Part shown: positions 59,335-64,000 of the stretch, in pieces
Layout: each line of letters starts with the position of its first letter
Numbering within the stretch: the stretch's first letter is position 1
Virus record (IMG/VR): IMGVR_UViG_3300047159_000056
Location: 128,001 to 192,000 of that record
Source of the DNA: a virus
Lineage: Duplodnaviria > Caudoviricetes
Strand: one strand, 5' to 3'
DNA length: 64,000 nt
Program-made: the position numbers and the translations under genes
Notes under the pieces: generated by a model
Told to the model about the DNA's origin: nothing
Seen by the model: only the letters and a program-made list of their open reading frames with translations
Database searches by the model: none

Positions 59335-60027
59335 TCACTTTTTCCTCAACTCAAAGATTTCGTCTATACCAAGTCCGTGATATATTTTACTTCCTATATT
59401 TCCAGAATAACTATGATGAAAATGTCCATAAAACCAATATGAAAATCCCATCTCTCCTATGATACTGGTTAGGTAGGGTTCGCTCAGATACAATAGAGTT
59501 ATAAGTTTCTTCTGTCATATCACGGTCTCTAAAACTACAGGTTCAAATGATATGGGCGCTGTATGGGAGACAATTATATCTGCTCTCCCGGGATATTTAT
59601 CTACTCGTTCAATTTTTTCTCCTTCCCAGAAACACTTAGTCTTTATCTTTTTCTGAGCTTCTATTCTAGCTGCTTTGTCAATAGAAGTAGCTCCACCAAT
59701 GGGATATATACTCCAACCAGCAATATTAACTAGTTCATGGTCCTCTAAGAATTTTAATCTTGGATAGTCATGTTTTCCATCAAACCAAGCTGGATCATCA
59801 TGATTTCCTCTAATTGTATAAAGTCGTATATCATTTTTCTCCAACCTCTTAAGTACTCTAGAATACATAACATCCATAGACTTAGGACGACCAAAACCTA
59901 CTCCAAAATCTCCACAAACGACTAGGTCAATATTGGTAGCTTTATATCTTTCGGTTATAGTCCATACAAGTTTTCTTAATTCTCCATGTATATCCCCACA
60001 AAAATAGATAGACTTCTTCTCACTCAT
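59335..60027 (-). CDS. calcineurin-like metallophosphoesterase with an apparent internal break
   Basis: GDIHG, CGDFG, RGNHD, SHTAP; the final WFYGHFH motif lies beyond TGA 59515 in the same frame, ending at TGA 59335. Confidence 0.75.
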
Positions 60028-60286
60028 CGCATGATATTTTTAATCTAGAAACTATTTCTTCTGCTACTTTCTCTTTTATAGAGTTAATGTTTTTCTCTAA
60101 CTTATCCTTCATGAGATTAGACATAATAGATTGTATGTTATAATCGTCAAATGAATTAGCAATTAATTTTTTGGCTTCTTGTTCTACTGCCTCTTTAATC
60201 CACTGCTTAATATCATCTTTTGTAATTCCTAAATCATTGGCCATGTAATTCTTGAACATTGACCACTTATCATATTTTTCACTCAT
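60020..60286 (-). CDS. hypothetical protein
   Basis: 88-aa helical ORF. Confidence 0.6.
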   Translation of the reverse strand: MSEKYDKWSMFKNYMANDLGITKDDIKQWIKEAVEQEAKKLIANSFDDYNIQSIMSNLMKDKLEKNINSIKEKVAEEIVSRLKISCDE

Positions 60287-60666
60287 TCTTTTTCCTCCAC
60301 AACTCTAGTAAGTAAATTATTTTCTCTGGCAATTCTTATCATCATCATAGTACCTTTGCTTTCTACTTTAGGTTTTAAGAATGCTATTAGACCATTACTA
60401 AGTGAAGCCATCAAGGTATTTCTTTTAAACCCAGCTGACTTACCATATTTATCCCAATTTGCAGGATAGGTTTCACACTCTAGTCCTTTTTCCCTAGCAT
60501 ATTCTTCTCCTAAGGTATCAGCTCCTCTAGCATGACCACTAACTATAATTACCTTAGTATCTTTATCTTCTAATTTTTTCTTTAAAATATTGTCACATTT
60601 TTCTTTCAAGAGAGGATAGTCTGTGAACTCTCTTGATCCTGCTATAATTACTCTAAACTCTTTCAT
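60283..60666 (-). CDS. SLOG/YspA-like (DUF2493) protein
   Basis: IIAGSREF.DY, VSGHARGAD, AGFKRN, SKGT motifs. Confidence 0.8.
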   Translation of the reverse strand: MKEFRVIIAGSREFTDYPLLKEKCDNILKKKLEDKDTKVIIVSGHARGADTLGEEYAREKGLECETYPANWDKYGKSAGFKRNTLMASLSNGLIAFLKPKVESKGTMMMIRIARENNLLTRVVEEKE

Positions 60667-61559
60667 TCTTTTATATAATCTAAAATGTCAAGAGCACTTT
60701 TCATCCAAGAAGCTCTTATATTTTTCTTGCCATCTCCTATACTATTTATCATATCTATAGTAGCTTGTAAACTTCTCTTCATACCTGGATCCCACTCAGA
60801 TTCTCCTAGAATACCAACAAAACAGAATCCTCCATCTAAGTGTTTATAAGCAGAATCAATACACTCTGCTATAGAAAATACTCCTTTCATTTCCGGAGTA
60901 ATTATATAAAGATGTGTATTGCAAATTTCTTTTTCTTGTACTTCTATTTCTCTACACTCAGGAGTCCAATCAGGAACAACTGGATTAAAATAAGAAATAC
61001 CTAATTTTTCTAGTTCAGGAATTAAATCTTTTCTCCAGTCAGTAAGAGCACAAGTCCCTCCTAAGAATACTCTCTCTGGTTTTTCTATTTTATCAAACCT
61101 TAGATTAAACTTAGACTCACTTAGTTGAATACAGGCAATTTCTTCTTTTGCATTTGGTATAATTGACTTATATGCATGAACTTCAACATGTAAAGAATCA
61201 TCATAAGTAGAAATACCTAAGTCATCTTTTACAAATCTTGTCCAAATATCCTCTAAATTTTTTATATAATTAGATGTATCTTTCTTCTTAATATTTTTCT
61301 TAAGAATAAATTGTATTAAGAGCCGGAATTGTTTTGTATTCTTTAGGAAGTCAAGGTACTCTGTAAAATCCACTGCCCTAAGTTGATCTTTAATTATTCT
61401 TTCAACTGTATTAGCCTTTGGATTTTTATAAACTTGAGCATGTGGATGACCTCCTGAATAAGATACCTTTGCTTTATATAAGTCATTGGTACTAACAAAT
61501 CCATCTTTTATTTTTACTACTAGTTTTAATTCTTTCTTCATATAGTTCTCATTAAACAA
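60663..61559 (-). CDS. RusA-like resolvase fused to a nucleoside 2-deoxyribosyltransferase-like domain
   Basis: S.N.LY, KDTSNYIK..ED, DDS (RusA); VFLGGTC..WR..L, FNPVVPDW, GVFSIAE (NDT-like). Confidence 0.65.
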   Translation of the reverse strand: MFNENYMKKELKLVVKIKDGFVSTNDLYKAKVSYSGGHPHAQVYKNPKANTVERIIKDQLRAVDFTEYLDFLKNTKQFRLLIQFILKKNIKKKDTSNYIKNLEDIWTRFVKDDLGISTYDDSLHVEVHAYKSIIPNAKEEIACIQLSESKFNLRFDKIEKPERVFLGGTCALTDWRKDLIPELEKLGISYFNPVVPDWTPECREIEVQEKEICNTHLYIITPEMKGVFSIAECIDSAYKHLDGGFCFVGILGESEWDPGMKRSLQATIDMINSIGDGKKNIRASWMKSALDILDYIKE

Positions 61560-62994
61560 ATGGACTAGGACCTGGAGCTGGCATCCAACCTCCTCCTACT
61601 CCTTGCTGCTGTTGATTATTCATTTTATTCTGTACAATACCATGAGCAACCCGAGAAGCACCTTGATAAGAAGCTATCATGCCATCTATATCTTGTTCTG
61701 TAAATTCTCGTTTCTCAGTAATATTCTTTATCTGTTCATATACTCCTCTTGGCAGAATCTTAAACCTACCATTTCCAAGTCGTATACTATAAGCTATAAC
61801 ATTTTCTTCACCTCGTCTAGACTTAACTATCTTAAAAATACCAAGTCCATTAAGATCATTTATTTCCCTAGATCTTGTCATAGCCCAATCAACTGCATGA
61901 ATTTTTCTTGAACTCTCACCTACCATGTCTATATTAATTGTTGCTAGACTCTGTTGAATTTGCCAAGAAGCTTTCATCGGTTGTGCTAAGATAAATACTA
62001 ATTTTTTGTCTTGTACAGTTAATTCAGAAAGTTTAGAATATATTTCTCCATACACTAGGTACATAGAATCTGTAAATACTTTGGACTTAAACTGACTATC
62101 ATAATCTATAAAACAAATCTGATAACATCCTTTCTTTCTAATAAAATCAACATATTCATCTACTGTTATCTCATTAGCAGGTACGACAGTTATTTCAAGA
62201 TTATCTCCTATTACCCCTTTTAATGTAGAGTATGTATTCTTAAGATCCAGTTTAACTTCATAAAATTGTTTCCCAAGATACATTGCTCCCATTCTAGTAA
62301 TAAAGTCCAGTTCAATCATATCACCCATACACAAGTAATGAACCTTATAACCACTTAGGGCCATATTAAGAGCTTCCTGCATGGCAAATAAAGTTTTACC
62401 TGTACCTGGTGGCATACATATTAAATTTAAACCTGTTGCTGGATATCCCATCTCTGGCTTAAAAGTTTGATTAATAAAGTCAAATTTACTAGGGATACTT
62501 CTATTATCTCCCTCAGCTATCATCGTATTAAAATCAAGACTAGAAAAACCAGTTCCAATTAATTCTACCTCTTTCTCTGAAGTCTTAATATCCAGTGACT
62601 TAATATAATTTATATAATCACTTGGATGATCTACATATAGTTTTCCAGCTTTTTGTAAGGCATTATCTGCACATATATCTTTTATTAATTTTCTAACTGG
62701 CTCCGTCTGCTCTTTGGAATAATTCTTACAGTTTATGATATCAGACATTATCTTTTCTGACTCACCCTCTGATTTTCCAGATTTTATCATTATTCCTCTA
62801 AACAACGGAACACCAATAGATTCAAAATCATAAGTCTTAATTGCAGCAATAAGATTCTCTACTAGCTTATTTCCTACAGTTGGTGGAAATGTATCAAAGA
62901 AATGCTGTATGTCTATTATATTATCTTTCGCAGTCTGATATACATACTGATTAAAACATGTATATAAGAAATCTAAATAATTATCTGTTAACAT
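61552..62994 (-). CDS. replicative DNA helicase (DnaB/gp41-like)
   Basis: MPPGTGKT, FIDYD, LAQP, GESSRK, KSRRG. Confidence 0.8.
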   Translation of the reverse strand: MLTDNYLDFLYTCFNQYVYQTAKDNIIDIQHFFDTFPPTVGNKLVENLIAAIKTYDFESIGVPLFRGIMIKSGKSEGESEKIMSDIINCKNYSKEQTEPVRKLIKDICADNALQKAGKLYVDHPSDYINYIKSLDIKTSEKEVELIGTGFSSLDFNTMIAEGDNRSIPSKFDFINQTFKPEMGYPATGLNLICMPPGTGKTLFAMQEALNMALSGYKVHYLCMGDMIELDFITRMGAMYLGKQFYEVKLDLKNTYSTLKGVIGDNLEITVVPANEITVDEYVDFIRKKGCYQICFIDYDSQFKSKVFTDSMYLVYGEIYSKLSELTVQDKKLVFILAQPMKASWQIQQSLATINIDMVGESSRKIHAVDWAMTRSREINDLNGLGIFKIVKSRRGEENVIAYSIRLGNGRFKILPRGVYEQIKNITEKREFTEQDIDGMIASYQGASRVAHGIVQNKMNNQQQQGVGGGWMPAPGPSPFV

Positions 62995-64000
62995 AAGATA
63001 TCATCATTTATATATGTTGTCTCTATATCACAGAACTTGTAATATTTTCTTAACATCTCATTCCTTTCATTTGCTCCCTTTGTATATACTGGTATGATTC
63101 TTCCTCTTCCAGATGCTAGGGTAATTACATTCATATGCTTTCCTCTAGCTGTTCTACCTATTGCCTGAAGAACAACACCAGCTACTTTTCCAATACATAG
63201 TAAGATATTCTCTAAGCCAGGAAAATCTAAGGCCCTATAACCAGCTGCTGTACTTGGAATAACATCAACCAGGTCATTCTTAATATAATCGCAAGCTTCA
63301 GTTAAGGTCAGACTTTTCTTATTTCCCTCTAAGTCATAATAAATATAACCCTTTCCACATACTAGGAGAATTCTAAAAGTACCAATGAAATAGTTATTAA
63401 TCCAACCATCTAAGATAGTCACTAAGTTATTCATTGGTATAAAAGTCTTCGGAAATCTCTTAACTATTTTTACTATAGTTTCACATACATCTGGATCTGT
63501 CCATAGTTGATTCATAATTTCTCCATAAACATTTCCAGCACTCTCTATTGCTTCATTATCTAGGACTAAGTTATCTAAGGCTCTCGAATTTACCACTATA
63601 TCATCTATTGACATATTAAGCGGTAATCTAAATACAAGAGCAGGACCAAAATACTTAATAAGATTTCTATTCTTTAAGACAGTATCGCTAAGACCTTGAG
63701 CAAAAGTAACTGCAGCTCCTGTATATTTATCAGCAGTACCACTAAAACCATAAAAGTTAGTGGCATTTACTAATTTAGAATATATAAACTCTCCACTAGG
63801 ATTAATCGTATACTCTACCTCATCAACTAAGACAACATCATAAGAAGCTAAGACAGTTTCCATTTGTTGTATACCAGAATCTCCTTTATTCTCTTTTCTC
63901 CTAAGAATTCCAGAAGTGATTATACAACAAATAGGTTCCCCTAAGTCTTTGCTAACCTCTAAAGAAAATCTAAGTTTTGCTCTCTTAATAAGTTCATCTC
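62988..64000 (-). CDS. SF2 helicase (UvsW-like), 5' end beyond the window
   Basis: VLVDEVE, GFSGTAD, ALDFP, QAIGRTAR; the frame stays open to the window edge. Confidence 0.75.
   Translation of the reverse strand, partial: DELIKRAKLRFSLEVSKDLGEPICCIITSGILRRKENKGDSGIQQMETVLASYDVVLVDEVEYTINPSGEFIYSKLVNATNFYGFSGTADKYTGAAVTFAQGLSDTVLKNRNLIKYFGPALVFRLPLNMSIDDIVVNSRALDNLVLDNEAIESAGNVYGEIMNQLWTDPDVCETIVKIVKRFPKTFIPMNNLVTILDGWINNYFIGTFRILLVCGKGYIYYDLEGNKKSLTLTEACDYIKNDLVDVIPSTAAGYRALDFPGLENILLCIGKVAGVVLQAIGRTARGKHMNVITLASGRGRIIPVYTKGANERNEMLRKYYKFCDIETTYINDDILC

Noticed and set aside
58-61911. Other short plus-strand ORFs in the track (e.g. 58..264, 4427..4642, 33914..34195, 40983..41342, 55761..56180)
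   Set aside because: All overlap well-supported minus-strand genes and look like antisense artefacts; only 53116..53520 is credible.
1-64000. Alternative genetic code (TAG or TGA reassignment, as in Lak or some crAss-like phages)
   Set aside because: Long genes are intact and tightly packed under code 11, with many ATGA overlaps; the few breaks are explained by indels.

Overview
AT-rich fragment of a large T4-like myophage genome, almost entirely on the minus strand and readable in the standard genetic code. A Bacteroidota host is likely, inferred from the Bacteroidetes-style ClpP and BT0820-like HAD genes. Read right to left it carries: (i) replication and metabolism genes (SF2 helicase, DnaB-like helicase, RusA/NDT fusion, SLOG protein, phosphoesterase, ClpP); (ii) a ~47 kb late region with terminase, portal, prohead protease, acidic scaffold, major capsid protein, neck, two sheath-like proteins, tube and a tube-domain repeat protein; (iii) a helicase-like gene, a T5orf172/GIY-YIG nuclease, GMP reductase and baseplate/tape-measure-like genes. 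The most striking feature is about 40 unrelated small or medium genes interleaved with the core virion genes. They share an N-terminal leader (M-I-[ILK]-[LF]-R..K-x-[FY]-[SAGT], MYIRRKVFS or MATYxLKRKTF). Its [KR]-x-[FY]-S core recurs in the scaffold, protease, portal N-terminus and capsid N-terminus, suggesting a leader-addressed, protease-matured capsid cargo system. The cargo includes glycine-zipper membrane peptides and ART-like, GNAT, ferritin-like and SUKH-like domains. Two paralogous cargo genes are interrupted by out-of-frame poly-G tracts (candidate phase variation). Five copies of a covarying three-way-junction RNA with a T-loop-like hairpin lie upstream of the protease, portal and terminase genes, among others. 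Several single-base frameshifts suggest some sequencing error. All functional calls come from motif recognition by eye; no searches were run.
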